A stretch of DNA of 64,000 nucleotides from positions 57,660,001 to 57,724,000 of the forward strand of contig OX597819.1 of NCBI GenBank assembly GCA_951406725.2, given 5' to 3'. The notes under the pieces are model-generated. The model was not told the origin of the DNA. It made no database searches and was given only the letters and a program-made list of their open reading frames with translations. This document shows positions 37,691-51,343 of this stretch, piece after piece. Both the position numbers and the translations under genes were made by a program. This DNA is from Octopus vulgaris (Eukaryota). Every line of letters starts with the position of its first letter. Positions within the stretch are counted from its first letter, which is position 1.

Positions 37691-39566
37691 AAGTTCCTTT
37701 ACTACCCCTTGTGGGTAGTAAACAAATAGGTATACTCGAAACAAATATTTATATGGATAAAATTTCTCTGACGAAGTTACATTTTTACGACTGCATAATC
37801 TGAACTTTTAACTGTGGCGGAGATATTTAGCAGTACATAATGCGTTGCAAGTAACTGTGCGCTGAATTCCTGCCTTCAGTGTATTTCCAGTATCACTACC
37901 GAGCTCTTTATCTGCAACTATCAAAGAGGTAGGTAGATATCAATTTATCTAACTTTTATTCATAGATTTCAACATAGCATTGAACTGATGTTACACATTC
38001 TTAGCCACAGTTGTCACCGTCATTTGTTGTTACAGAGCAACCAAATTACGTTATGTAAATCTGTCTGCAGATCACATTACTAAAACATTCTTCTCGCAGA
38101 TGAGTATTATACATGATTAGAATGATAATAAAACATTAATTTTCTTCAGCTAATATACTTCTACACGGAATACAAAGTAGACTAACCATAATAACATTTG
38201 AAAACTCAGTTCCTTGTATTTCTGCTAAGAAATGATTACTTGTTGATGAACCAATTTTTACTGAAGAATAAACAAACTCATAATACAGCATAACAATAAT
38301 AAAAAGTAACAAAATATATAAATGAATCCCTTAATATGCTTCGAATGGCTTCGTAATCATTACTTTCAGTAAAAAGCATACAAAGAACAAACAATTCAGT
38401 ATATGTTCGTTGCATTTCAGTACTTGTTGTTGTTGTGGTTGATGTTACTGTTGTGGTTCTTGTTGTTGAATTCAGTAAATTACACTCAGATTCATACACT
38501 CGTTTTCGAAGTTTCTTTCACGTCATTTATTACATTATACTTTATTTTATACTTATTTCACTTCTATATGTTATTTTCTACATTTTAGCTTTCTCTTCTC
38601 CATTATTCATCAACGAACATAATCTAACGAAATAGAGTTTCAGGCAACAAAAGTAAAAACGTTTTAAAATCTTTCACTGTATCTAATGTCTGCAGTTTAA
38701 AGAAATGAAGTTCTTATAAATGTGTAAGTCAAGAAATTAGTTGTAAATCTAGAATTAAAGATATAATCTTTCGGAATTACAGTCAGCAGCGAAGAAACAT
38801 TAAAAGATAACAAAGACCAGTCGCCGAGTGAATTATTGGTCAACAAATTGGAAGCAATGTCCTAAAAATAAGAGCTATGTGGCCTAGAAGCAAAGTATTA
38901 TCGTAATAGAAGCTCGGAATGTAAAATTTAATGAAATAACAACAGAATTACAATAAAATTTCTCCCTGTTTAAATAAATGGAAAATAAGTATGGAGGAAA
39001 ATGTTTAAATATAACAATATGGAAATCTCGAAGTGAAGTATCGCTCAGAATTGTTTCGAATCCAAATTTCTGTTCAGCGAATAATGCCAAGTAAAATGAT
39101 ATGTTAATTCATTTTATCTAAGAAATAAATTAATATTTACCTAACGGTTTAGTATTCCATATGTGATTGGTTCGTTAATTAGTTTTAAGCGTTATAACAT
39201 GAAAGTAAATATAGTCGGTTGATTTAGAAGATCGCAATGTAATCACGTAGTTCTGTGTTCTATTCCATTGTTCGAGTGTTTTCTATGATAGTTTCGAGTT
39301 GACCAAATTTGGAACATGGAAACCGCCATAGTTTATATATTCGTGGGGGGGGGGGGGCGCTGTCTATATATGTGCAATACTCTCAGATGAATGTTTGATA
39401 TTACTTCTGTCGCGAGTTCTTGTCCTTCCTATATCACTCTCGTCTTCTCTTCGTCAGGAATGTATAAAATCGGTGATTGTTCGTTGTAACCAACGTTGGT
39501 GGCAATCTGTTTCATGAAATAACCCATAATAAACGAAACTATAGTCGTCACTCGACATTTACTTAC

Positions 39567-39795
39567 TTCTTTACTGCCCACAAGGGATTACACACAGAGG
39601 AGACAAACAAGGACTGACATACAGATTAAATCAATTATATCGACCCCAGTGCGTAACTGCTACTTATTTAATCGATCCCGAAAGGATGAAAGGAAAAGTC
39701 GACCTCGGTGGAATTTGAACTCAGAACGTAGAGGCAGACGAAATACCGCTAAGCATTTCGTCCGGCATGCTAACGTTTCTGCCAGCTCGCCTCCT
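39567..39795 (-). mobile_element. Monomeric family C SINE
   Basis: Head GGCGAGCTGGCAGAAACGTTAGCA, Nin-like core, GTGGGCAGTAAAGAA tail. Confidence 0.88.
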
Positions 39796-40617
39796 TACTC
39801 GACATTTACTGCGGCCTCGTTGTGAGAATTGTTGTAAGTTGTTGCGCAATCGCAACCAGAAATAGATAGGTTTCCAGCCTGTTCCTTCTTGACATAGCGG
39901 AATATTGAGGGTGTAATAGTTGGAGGGTGACAAGGCCTGTACTGGTAGTTTGTGTTGTGAAGGCTAGAGCAGCATGAAATGAAACGCCTTATTCAAGGAC
40001 ACAAAATATCGCTCGACCTAGGAGATAATCCCACTAAGTCAGGTGTCGTCATTACTATATATATATATATATATATATGTGTGTGAATAAGCAATCCTTA
40101 GCAATCAGACCATAATAAAGAACATGTCTGAGAAATGCCGCCACGCCTTTTCCAGTGCGTGTTACAAATGCATTAGTTCTTCACTATCAGATCAATAGGA
40201 TTCTCACAAACTATGTTGCAGAACATAATTTTTAAGATAGAAGTGGGTGAGTATATTACACCCGCTCTCTTCCACTGGTAGTATCTATTCGGTCACTTTA
40301 TCAGTTAGGAATAGTAGACAAATTTCTCTCTCAAATGATATGGTGTTAGTAAACAAGACGCTAGGTTTGATCATAAATTTGTTAATATTCGACTGTTGCA
40401 ATAACGAACACCAAACAGAACGTATTTCATTGAACCTAGAAGAAGTTAGAGTAAATTGGTTTGAGTGGTATTTGAATTTAGAACAAAACAGTAATAGATC
40501 TATGTTTCCGGTTTATTCCGATGCTCCGTCTTTTTTTCAGACATAAACATCAAGTATTTCATTACGCTGTCTGCGACGACTTTTTGGAGTAGTCTACGTG
40601 TAACGTAAAAGAAATAT

Positions 40618-41417
40618 TCTTTTCTACTCTAGACACAAGGTCTGAAATTTTGAGGGAGGGGGCCAGTCGATTAGATCGAGCGAAGCATGCAGCTGGTACT
40701 TAATTTATCAACCCAGAAAGGATTCAAGGCAAAGTCGACTGCGCCGGAATTTGAACTCACAACGCAAAGAGAGACGAAATACCTATTTCTTTACTACCCA
40801 CAAGGGGCTAAACACAGAAAGGACAAACAAGGACAGACAAACGAATTAAGTCGATTATATCGATTCCAGTGCGTAACTGGTACTTATTTAATCGACCCCG
40901 AAAGGATGAAAGGCAAAGTCGACCTCGGCGGAATTTGAACTCAGAACGTAACAGCAGACGAAATACCGCTAAGCATTTCGCCCGGCATGCTAACGTTTCT
41001 GCCAGATCCCCGCCTTTCAAGCTACAATTATTCTCTTCTACTAGGCACAAGGCCTGACATTTTGAGGGAACGGGGCCATTCGATTAGATTTATCCCAGTA
41101 CGTAACTGGTACTTAATTTATCGATCCCGAAAGGTAAAGTCCACCTCGACGGAATTTGAACTCAGAACGTAAAGACAGACGAAATACCTATTTTTTTACT
41201 ACCCACAAGGGGCTAAACACAGAGGACAAACAACGACAGACAAACGGATTAAGACGATTATATCGACCCCAGTGCGTAACTGGTACTTATTTAATCGACC
41301 CCGAAAGGATGAAAGGCAAAGTTGACCTCGGCGGAATTTGAACTCAGAACGTAGAGGCAAACGAAATACCGCTAAATATTTCACCCGCCGTGCTAACGTT
41401 TCTGCCAGCTCGCCGCT
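40618..41417 (-). mobile_element. Two tandem family C SINE dimers enclosed by a single 17-bp TSD
   Basis: Dimers at ~40618-41015 and ~41031-41417; TAACGTAAAAGAAATAT at 40601-40617 and 41418-41434. Confidence 0.88.
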
Positions 41418-41741
41418 TAACGTAAAAGAAATATGACGGCTCTTTCAGTCAACCTATCATACAGCTGCTTTCTCTTAGGTTGATGCTGTTATGAGAATTT
41501 TATTCATGGATGAAATCATTTCCCTTTATTTAGGTATGCATGAATATTTTTTTAGTTTTTAAAGTGTGTAATCAAACATATCAACTCCGATACTCATTTT
41601 TAAGCCTGCTGTTTATTCTATCGATCTCTTTTGCCGAATCCCTAATTTGCAAAGACGTGATTTAACTAATAGTGATGGGTGTCAAACATAATACACACAC
41701 ATACAGACACACATACATACATTTAACACATATACATTACT

Positions 41742-42128
41742 GTGGTGGCGCAATGGCCCAGTGTTTAAGGCAGCGGGCTCGTGGTCGTAGGATAGCGGTT
41801 TCGATTCCCAAAACGGGCGTTGTTAGTGTTTATTGCATGAAAACACTTAAAGCTTCATGAGGCTCCGGCAGTGAGTGGTGGCGAACCCTGCTATACTTTT
41901 TCACCACAATTTTCTCTCACTCTTTCTTCCCGTTTCTGTTGTACCTGCATTTCAAAGGGCCAACCTTCTCACACTCTGTGTCAAGCTGATTCTCCCCGAG
42001 AACTACGTTAAGGGTACACGTGTCTGTGGAGTGCTCAGCCACTTGCACGTTAATTTCACGAGCAGCTGGCTGTTACATTGATCGGATCAACTGGAACCCT
42101 CGTCGTCGTAACTGGCGGAAGGCCACAA
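41742..42128 (+). mobile_element. Family B tRNA-derived SINE
   Basis: Colinear with 11298-11683. Confidence 0.9.
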
Positions 42129-43785
42129 TATATTACTACTTACCTCATTTATATCTCATTTGTCTTCTTCGAAATGCAAAGTAAAATGTTATGATCTTAT
42201 AATTACACCTTTTCAATGAGATATATAGACGTCTGCGCATATCATAAAGCGTTAGAAGACAATGCGACAATAATACTTCAGAACGGAATAATTTGGTTGT
42301 ATAACATCCTCATTATTATGGATACAAGATTCTAATGCAATTCCTTATAATTCGTTTACAAATAACAAAAAAAGCACCATTTATCGATGTCAGTGGTGAT
42401 GTTTTATTAATATTAATGATAAACATGTTTAACTTGTGTTAGTTCTCTGTTAAATACCGTATCTAATCGTGTACGTTACAGGAAGCCGTATCAATTACAA
42501 GAACAAAACATTCACTTCAAATTACCACTGATGTCGCAGCGTTTATAAAAATGGTGTTATGGAAACATCAACACGTGTTTTATATTTCCAAGCTAATCTT
42601 GGTCATTTGTTAGTTTCGTTTTTGACGTTGTTTGCTGTTCTTGTTTATGATTCTGTTTATTTTCAATATTTTAATTCCGGTAATATCATTCTTGAATTTA
42701 GGCAAACTTATTAGAAAGTTAAAAATACAAAGTCAGTTAAAGATGATATTGCTTGAGGTGAAGTCAAATCACACGTATTAAAGTCAACAAAGCAAAATAA
42801 ATTCATACTATTTCCACTTCAATTTATTACGAAATTAAAATTACATAGTTTTAAAAATATTCATACAAAAACAAATTTAGTTTCATTTGAAACAAATTTA
42901 TTAAACTTTCTTGTTTTATTTAGTTATTTATCTATTCATTTATTTATTTTGGTTTCATGAAAATTATTCCATCATTTTCATGGCATGGCATATAAGGTTT
43001 AATTAATTAATATTTAGTGCTGGCAATGATAAATGTTAGACGTTCACAATTCATTTTTGGCATACTCCTAATAAAAATATTAACAAAGATGAAATTACAA
43101 ATTATATGGTACATTAGCTTATTCGCTCAAATTAATTATGTTGGTTTGACGCCATACATGTTGTTACTAAAAATCTATATAGTTAATTACTGCCTCATAG
43201 CATAAACCTAAATCTCTTCTAAATTCACATTAGACGGTTCAAAAACATGTCTAGCGATGTGGAGTAGTTTCGCAGATCGTTAAAGTGCTACTCCACTTCT
43301 GATCATGTATTTGGAGTATTCAAAGTATAAAACTGTAAAGCCTTACAAAGTTTACTGTGTCTCTGTTTTTAACAGTGACATATATTACTACACAAATGGC
43401 TCTTTAAAAGTCTATAAGGAAACTTGTATTTCTGAAAACTCATCAGAACGTTTTTGATGGCGTGTGTGTGCGTGCGTATGCGTGTGTGTGTGAGTACGCG
43501 CGCGTGATGCGTGTATCTGTGTATGTGTTTGTAGGTGTAAAATTCAAATTTGTTGGCTTGGTTCTTATCGCACTGTTCATTATTCAAATTTTAAGTGTCA
43601 CATTTTGTGCCATTGGACACATATTCAACTTTTAACGTAGGAAGGTTCAGTAAATACTTCAATCCCACGCGACATTAACATCACTTTGCTATTGCATTAA
43701 AGTAAGAGATGCTATGTACGCCGTGAATATATGTATATTGTAAATCCCCGTTTGTATTGGTTGTTGTAAATGACTTGCGTTGTTG

Positions 43786-43924
43786 GGGCGTGTGGATTAA
43801 TGCTTAGGATGTTGGATTCATAATTATCAGATTGTGAGGCCAGTTTCAGGAGCGGGCGAAGCGTTGTGTTCTTGAGCAAAACATTTTATTTCACGTTGCT
43901 CCAGTCCCGTCTAGTTGGTAAATA
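43786..43924 (+). mobile_element. 5' part of a SINE split by the Tc1 insertion (tail resumes at ~45765-45820)
   Basis: Decayed tRNA head plus GTTGTGTTCTTGAGCAAAACATTTTATTTCACGTTGCTCCAG; the downstream ACGCCATGGAAACCGGG..ATGAG matches the tail seen at 50640-50700. Confidence 0.65.
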
Positions 43925-43926
43925 CA

Positions 43927-45761
43927 CAGTTTTGGCCAGAATTATGGAGCAAGTATGGAAAAATATAGAAATATGATTGAAACTCATTTACTTAATAATT
44001 GAAATCAGTATAATAAACTTTCTAGAGTCTATCCCATGAACAATTAGTATTTGATTTGTCCTCCTTTTGCTTGTATAACCACTTTTATGTGTTTTTACAT
44101 ACTTGAGACTAAGTTGGCACAAGTGTCTGGGTCAATTCTCTGCTGCTATTCATGAATTTTGGTTTCTAATTCACTTTTTGAAGAATATTTGTGCACCCTC
44201 GCTCTTCTACCTAGGTGTGACCACAAATGTTCAATGGGATTGAGATCTGGAGACCGAGGGAGCCATTTCATCATCCTCATTCCTTTCTCCTCGAACCAAG
44301 ACATTGACCCTTTGGATGTGTGGCATGGAGCATTGTCTTGTTGAAAGATTTCACAGTCTGGGATGTTATAATTGAGAATTTTAGCCAAGGAAGGTAAATA
44401 AACTTGATTTAACATGCTGGTGTAAGTTTTGGAATTCATTCTGCCCTCACAAGTGAACAACACTCCGAGGCCTGAAGATGACATGCAGCCCTAAACCCTT
44501 ATGCTTCCTCCTCCAAATTTTATCCAGGTTGATAAGCATCTCCACCTCTACGGTGAATATAAACAGCTCCAAGGGTTCATTTTTGTAAAAGCGTAAGAAT
44601 TTCAATTATGTCTAGAAAAGTGGTGGAAATGAATATGGAGAACCTACCTCAAAGTTACTTTTATCAGACCAAACAACTTTAGCCCAAACACCATCAGTCC
44701 AATTTTCATTCACTTTTTCCCAAGACAATCATTTCTTCATGTTCATCTCAGACAGATACGGCTTCTTTCTGACAATACATCCTTTGAGCCTACTTTCTAA
44801 CAACCTCCTCACTGAGCGAGTAGATATCTCTTTGGCTATTGCAATCCGAAACACAAAAGTTATGTCAGAAGAGGTATTTTTCTTATCGGCCAGAGATGTC
44901 CTCTCAGCAACCTGTCTTCGCTTATGGTTGTATACTTTGCGACATCATCCCTTACAGTATTTAAAAGAATTGGTCTCACTGTAACTTCTGATGGTTGTTT
45001 CGACACCTTCCCTCTAGTATTTCAATTTTCTTGCAATACTAACATAAGAGAATCATTAACAGAATAATGCAATGATTCAATTACTTTGAACTTCAGGAAT
45101 CCGTTACTTCGGAGACATTTTCAGAGTGGCTGTGTGGTAAGTAGTTTGCTTACCATCCACATATTTCTGGGTTCAGTCTCACTGCGTGGCACTCGAGCTG
45201 ACCAAAGCCTTGTGAGTGGATATGGTAGACGGAAACTGAAAAAAGCCCGTCGTATATGTGTATATGTATATATATGTATGTATTTGTGTGTCTGTGTTTA
45301 CGCCCCCTCCTCATCGCTTGACAAATGATACTGGTGTGTTTACGTCCCCGTAACTTTGCATTTCGGCAAAAGAGACCGATAGGATAAGTACTAGGCTTAC
45401 AAAGAATAAATCATGGGGTCGATTTGCTCGACTAAAGGCGGTGCTCCAGCATCAAATGACTGAAATAAGTAAAAGAGTAATAAAGTAAATATTTAACGTC
45501 GATAAGTTATCAATAAGTTATTCACTTCATGAGTGGCAGAAAATTTCCACAATGACTGGCAGAAAATTGACCCAGGCACTTGCACCATCTTAGTCTCAAG
45601 TATGCAAAGACGCATAAAAGCGGTTATAAAAGCAAAATTAGGATAAGTCGAATGCTAATTATTGATAAGATATTTATTGTACTGTTTTCAATTATTAAGT
45701 AAATTATTTTCAATCATAGTCTCTATTTTTCTCATCTGCTCCATTATTTTGTCCAAGTCTG
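43927..45761 (-). mobile_element. Decayed Tc1-family (DD34E) transposon with long (~220 bp) inverted repeats
   Basis: VVWSD..FQQDNAPCH..SPDLNPIEHLW with 34 residues between D and E; ~43927-44150 is inverted at ~45550-45761. Confidence 0.9.
45125..45488 (+). mobile_element. Family A SINE nested in the Tc1 element
   Basis: Colinear with 17507-17887. Confidence 0.88.
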
Positions 45762-47199
45762 TATACACGCCATGGAAACCGGGTAAACGAACGTTATGAG
45801 TTCATAGGACTGGAGAAGGAGTCTTTATCATTTATATTAAATTGAGTTGTGAGTGATGACTGGTCAAACAAATTGACCAAAAATAGAAAAACTTTTTATC
45901 ATGCTGAGGGTCGTTACAGTTAAATCAAAGAAACTGTACATCATCTGCCAAAATGATAATCAACGTTCTGAGTCCGAATACTATCGTCATCTTTGTGTTT
46001 GCATCCTTGTTAGATTGGTGAAATATATACATTTGTTCTTTCAATTAATTCTATTTCCCCAATCTTTAACTAAGTGTTCTTGTGACATTTTATGAAATTC
46101 TTATCAATTTTTGTAAAGAATCATATTTAATAGAGATGCCTGTTTCAAGTATTTTATTGTATTGGTCATTGTGTTATATTCCGTTAAATAACGTAACGCG
46201 TTCTTGAATCATACATGCAACTTAGCATGTAATGAAAATTAGCCAGAAGAGGAAAGGTGCGTTAATAACTAATATTCCTTTAACCATAAAGTAAGTAGCG
46301 AACAATTGCTAAGGTTAATTAAATCGATAGACCCCTTCCAACAAATGTAGTCTTGACGCTATATTTGAAGCTATTGTCATATCCATAACAAGGGTGATAG
46401 TGTGACAAAAGTGACACTGACGGAGAAAATGGCTTGAGATATTTACCCGCATCACTATAAATTCTGAAATTAAAAACCAATGAAGTACTAAGATTGATAT
46501 GACTGTCTCTTCTTCTCCCCACGAAATTTCTATTTCGGTTTTTACGTAAGTAATGAATATTTTGTTCGTTGGTTCCTGAATGACAGAGGAGTCAATCGAT
46601 GATATCTACCCTAGTATTTCGCTGGTATTGTAATTATTGATCGACAGAAATAAAAATCAAAGATGGATTCGAACGCAAAATTTAAAGGACCAAGAAAAAT
46701 ACCGTGAGGCATTTGTCTCCGCTCTAATGAATCTGCCAGTTCGCAGCCATTTAGCGTACCTCTAATTAAATGGCCAAATAGTTTCAGTGAAGTAAGAATT
46801 ATAAAATTCATACTTATGGATAAAAATTACATTTCCATAATAGCTTCCCTAGAATGATAATACTCAGTAGTCTCATATTTGTGATTCAAAAGAGTAGCCT
46901 CTTTCATATTTCTTCTGCTAACAACTAACAGATTATATTCCTTTATTTTTCTCTATTAAATTAACTCCTAAATGAGAGTAATCCCCGGATGTATGCTTTC
47001 TTTTATACTTTGTTATTTTACAGGCATCAACAAACACGTTCAGAACTATATCAATGCATGATTTGATATGCAACAATCAAATTCACAAAAAATTTCAAAT
47101 GAAGTATGGTTTATGTGCTGTTAACCATAAAAATATTTCTAAAAATATTTCACACCCTTCCATGTCGCTCTTGACATATATTGTGTCAGCTGAATAGAC

Positions 47200-47266
47200 T
47201 ACAGGGGCACGAACCCTCCTGTCAGGGATTCGAGATCCCAGTTGCCTAACCATTAGCCCTCGTGTC
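47200..47266 (-). other. Isolated degenerate tRNA-like or SINE head
   Basis: GGGCTAATGGTTAGG (A-box-like), GGGAT-CTCGA-ATCCC stem-loop, GGTTCGTGCCC (B-box-like); no acceptor stem. Confidence 0.4.
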
Positions 47267-49590
47267 TTTTCATAGATTATTAAGTTGAGGTGACGAAAAG
47301 AAGAGCCGAATTAATGGCACATCTTTATTATAACTATAGCTTTCGGTTGAATGTTTTGTTCTCACTGTGTAGTATTTGGTTTTAGTTAGATAAAGTCAGA
47401 AGTGCTATAAAATCTTATCGCATGCGATTAAATCTAAATCTCTATCGTAACGTGATGAGACATGAGAAAGTCGAAGGAAATGTAAAGGATAATGACGTCA
47501 GGCAAAAAGACGCATCAGTTATATAAATAAACTAAGTAGAGAAGCTGATGTATATAATGTTTAAGTCTAAGAGAGAGTGTTTATCAAATAAATATATCCA
47601 ATGAAAACACAGGCTGACGAACAAAGAGAATGAACGGCAACTCTTAAAATATTGAAAGAATGATAAGGCGGGCGATTTTTTTTTCTTGAAATGCATAAAT
47701 CAAAAGTTCCCTCACCCCTAATAAAGCGTTTCTATAGATATTTTATAACCTGGCAACAGCTATTTCTACCGGCATATTAAATTCTGTGATAACATAGGCA
47801 TGTTACGATATTAAAACTATAAACCATCGAAAACCTCGTTTATTTCGAGAGATTTCTGCATCTCTATACGAGTTGTCCACTTTTGACACATAATTTATGG
47901 TAAGATAAGATGAAGTATGAATTGTTCAATGCTTTAACGAAAAGATACACCGCGGCTACAATAACTACACGTAATCTCTAGAGGCATGAGGTGAAGGTTC
48001 ACACTTTATCTATTTGATCACTGCAATGTTGTACATAAAAGAAATCAAAGGATTCCTTTCTCGCCCAGATTTTCTCTGACCTGCAGATTTATACAACTAC
48101 GAATGTCATAAACATTCGTTTCATATTTAACCCATTTGTTAATCTCCATGAAAAGAAGAGAGGAGATGGATTTACTGTTATGAAATATACATGTACGAAA
48201 GTACACGTTAGTATTAAAAAGTAATAACAATGAAAGGATGGTTTAACTTCCGAATTCCTATTAATATCTAAATAACAACGATGAGAAGAAATCAGCTAAG
48301 GAACTATTTTAACCAACAGTTATATAATTGTGCACCTAATTCACACTTGAATATCACGAACAGGTGACTTAAAAAGACATAAACACTCTTCATTGAAACT
48401 CAAAATACATTAGGCCAAAATATTTTAAACACTACAATTCTATTGATAAAATTCGGGATAAAATGAACGAAAATAGATTTTCTTCGATCTGTCTGTATAA
48501 TTGATTACTAAGAAATGTTGTCTGTAATATATGTAGCCATTATTTAAAACAGACAAGTGTAACATATTTTCCTGTCCATAAATAAGTGATTTTTATGATA
48601 ATTATTACTTTTATTTATGTTTCAAGATTTCCTTGGTAATACATCTTGCCGTGTATTGAAACAGGAAATACGAAGCATTTCTGTTCTTTGAATTTCAGAA
48701 TATCTATCCGATTAAAATTATCTTATATCAATGGGGAAAATAGTTTGTCTATTATCGAAGTCGTTATCAGTTCAGAGACACATTTGAAGATCTATTAACC
48801 TGATAATGTTGGGGGGGAAAAACACAATAGCTTAATAAAAGAAAAGAAAGGATACCTACCACAAAAACACATAAAACCATATCGAGAAAGAAAAAGAATT
48901 CAAACATCAGTGATTGTTTAAAATAGCTGGTTGTAATATCTTTTGAGTTGTTTCAGAAGTGATTATTACAGAACTAAATTTAGTCTGTCTAATTACAGCT
49001 TAAATATAGCAAAAGTCTTATTTCTTTGTTTGCTTTCTTTTAATAAATAAATAATGAGAAAATGTAGTTGCTTAATGAAACCCGAGATATCAATATAGCT
49101 AGGTTGAATGTTTGCAAATATATCAACAAAACTATTTCACATCGATCTTTATAGAAGAAACTGTTTAAAGCAATTGTTCAGAGTTTAATATAATAAGTTA
49201 ACATATTTAATGAATTCTTTCCCCATGAGACAAAGTCATTTTATAATGCAAAGTAGGGGAAAATAGTTAAGGGTCAAAAAGCAAATTCAATTCAGAGTGA
49301 ATTATTGTGGTAGGACACTAAATCGTAGCTGTACTGTTTCCATTAATCTTCCGTTCTCAAAATTTAACTCTTCGCATAGAAGCAAACGTCCGCCTGTTTA
49401 TTTCTACATGATGAAATATTATCGATTAAGTGGGCCTTTGTGTGTGGTTGGTACATATTTCGTCGACCCCGCGTTGATGACAAATTCAACAATTTCAGGA
49501 TTCCATATTAGAATCTAGAAGGACAAACCGAAATTATTCTTTAAATTTAGTCCGTCGTCATAGCGTATGTGGGACTCATCGTTACCATTA

Positions 49591-49990
49591 ATTCTTTTCT
49601 ACTCCGGCACAAGGCCCGAAATTTTGGGGGATGGGGCTAGCCGATTAGATCGATCCCAGTGCGCAACTGGCATTTAATCTATCGACCCCGAAAGGATGAA
49701 CGGCAAAGTCGACCTCGACGGAATTTGAACTCGGAACATAAAGACAGACGAAATACCTATTTCTTCACTACCCACAAGGGGCTAAACACAGAGACGACAA
49801 ACAAGGACAGACAAACGGATTAAGTCGATTATATCGACCCCAGTGCGTAACTGGTACTTATTTAATCGACCCCGAAAGGATAAAAGGTAAAGTCGACCTC
49901 GGCGGGATTTGAACTCAGAACGTAACGACAGACGAAATACGGATACGTATGTCGCCCGCCGTGCAAACGTTTCTGCCAGCTCGCCGCCTT
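49591..49990 (-). mobile_element. Dimeric family C SINE
   Basis: Same head-core-tail1-core-tail2 layout as 41031-41417. Confidence 0.88.
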
Positions 49991-50627
49991 ATCGTCAGCG
50001 TAAATTAATTCTGTGAATATATCCTGATGATGCGATGGAATATTATAATGGTTTCTATTAAATAAATTGAATACTGTGTTTTTGTTTGATGGTGTAGGAT
50101 TTAGCATATAAACACAAGCGTTCACTATTGAAATATATTTTGTCTCTTACAGTAAAATAAAAGGTAGATTTCGAGGCTTAGGCTTAAGAAGTTCAAATGA
50201 GAATATGAAACCATATATGCATTAACACATATATATCTTGAAAGGATTATAGTTCAGCGTTTCATTTTACGATTATCTTCATACGTCTTCTCAATATATT
50301 TTCTATCTTAGTACCTTACAAAAGAGCAGCATTCGTAACTCTGAATGTTTCCACGATTTCTGGGTGAAAAGAATACGAGGAAATCACAAGTGTTTCATTG
50401 ATACACTATGAAAAATTGAATTAATTTGCTGCGTTATCTTCGGACCGGAACCCTGGTCCAAAAGCGTTTAATGGACTGAACCCAGTTAAATAAAATAAAC
50501 AAATAGATTCTAAACAGGGAGATGGAATAGAACTCCAGTTATCATACATACAACTGCCCTTTATGAACCAGTATAGTACCGATCATTTGTTGATGACTGG
50601 TCGTTTCACTAAATGTATAAGGCTCGT

Positions 50628-50947
50628 ATTTATTTTATTTATGCGCCTTTTTCAAGCCTAGCCAGGCTCATGGGCCCGGTTTCCCGGTTTCTGTGGCGTA
50701 TGTGTTCCTCCCACCTCAGCTGGACGGGATGCCAGTCCATCGCAGCGTTACTCAAGAAACAGGAAGAAAGAGTGAGAGAAAGTTGAGGCGAAAGAGTACA
50801 ACAGGGGTCACCGCCCGCCCCCTGCCGGAGCCAGATGGAGCGTTAGGTGTATTCGCTCAATAAATACACACAACGCCCAGTCTGGGAATCGAAACCACGA
50901 TCCTGCGAGCGAGTCCGCTGCCCTAACCACTGGGCCATTGCGCCTCC
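50628..50947 (-). mobile_element. SINE with family B head but an alternative tail (GCGATGGACTGGCATCCCGTCCAG..CAGAAACCGGG..(TAAAA)n)
   Basis: Matches family B up to TTCCTGTTTCT, then diverges completely. Confidence 0.85.
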
Positions 50948-50959
50948 ATAGGGTTAATC

Positions 50960-51343
50960 GGAGGCGCAATGGCCCAGTGGTTAGGGCAGCGGACTCGCGG
51001 TCATAGGATAGCGATTTCGATTCTCAGACCGGGCGTTGTGAGTGTTTATTGAGCGAAAACACCTAAAAGCTCCACGAGGCTCCGGCAGGGGATGGTGGTG
51101 ATCCCTGCTGTACTCTTTCACCACAACTTTTCTCACTCTAACTTCCTGTTTCTGTTGTACCTGTATTTCAAAGGGCCGGCCTTGTCACTCTCTGTGTCAC
51201 GCTGAATATCCCTGAGAACTACGTTAAGGGTGCACGTGTCTGTGGAGTGCTCAGCCACTTACACGTTAATTTCACGAGCAGGCTGTTCCGTTGATTCGGA
51301 TCAACCAGAACCCTCATCGTCGTAACCGACGGAGTTTTTCCAA
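50960..51343 (+). mobile_element. Family B SINE with 13-bp TSD
   Basis: CCATAGGGTTAAT at 50946-50958 and 51344-51356. Confidence 0.92.

Noticed and set aside
38278-38499. Thr-rich ORF resembling a mucin-like exon (minus strand)
   Set aside because: Derived from (ACA)-like low complexity; no in-frame acceptor and stops upstream.
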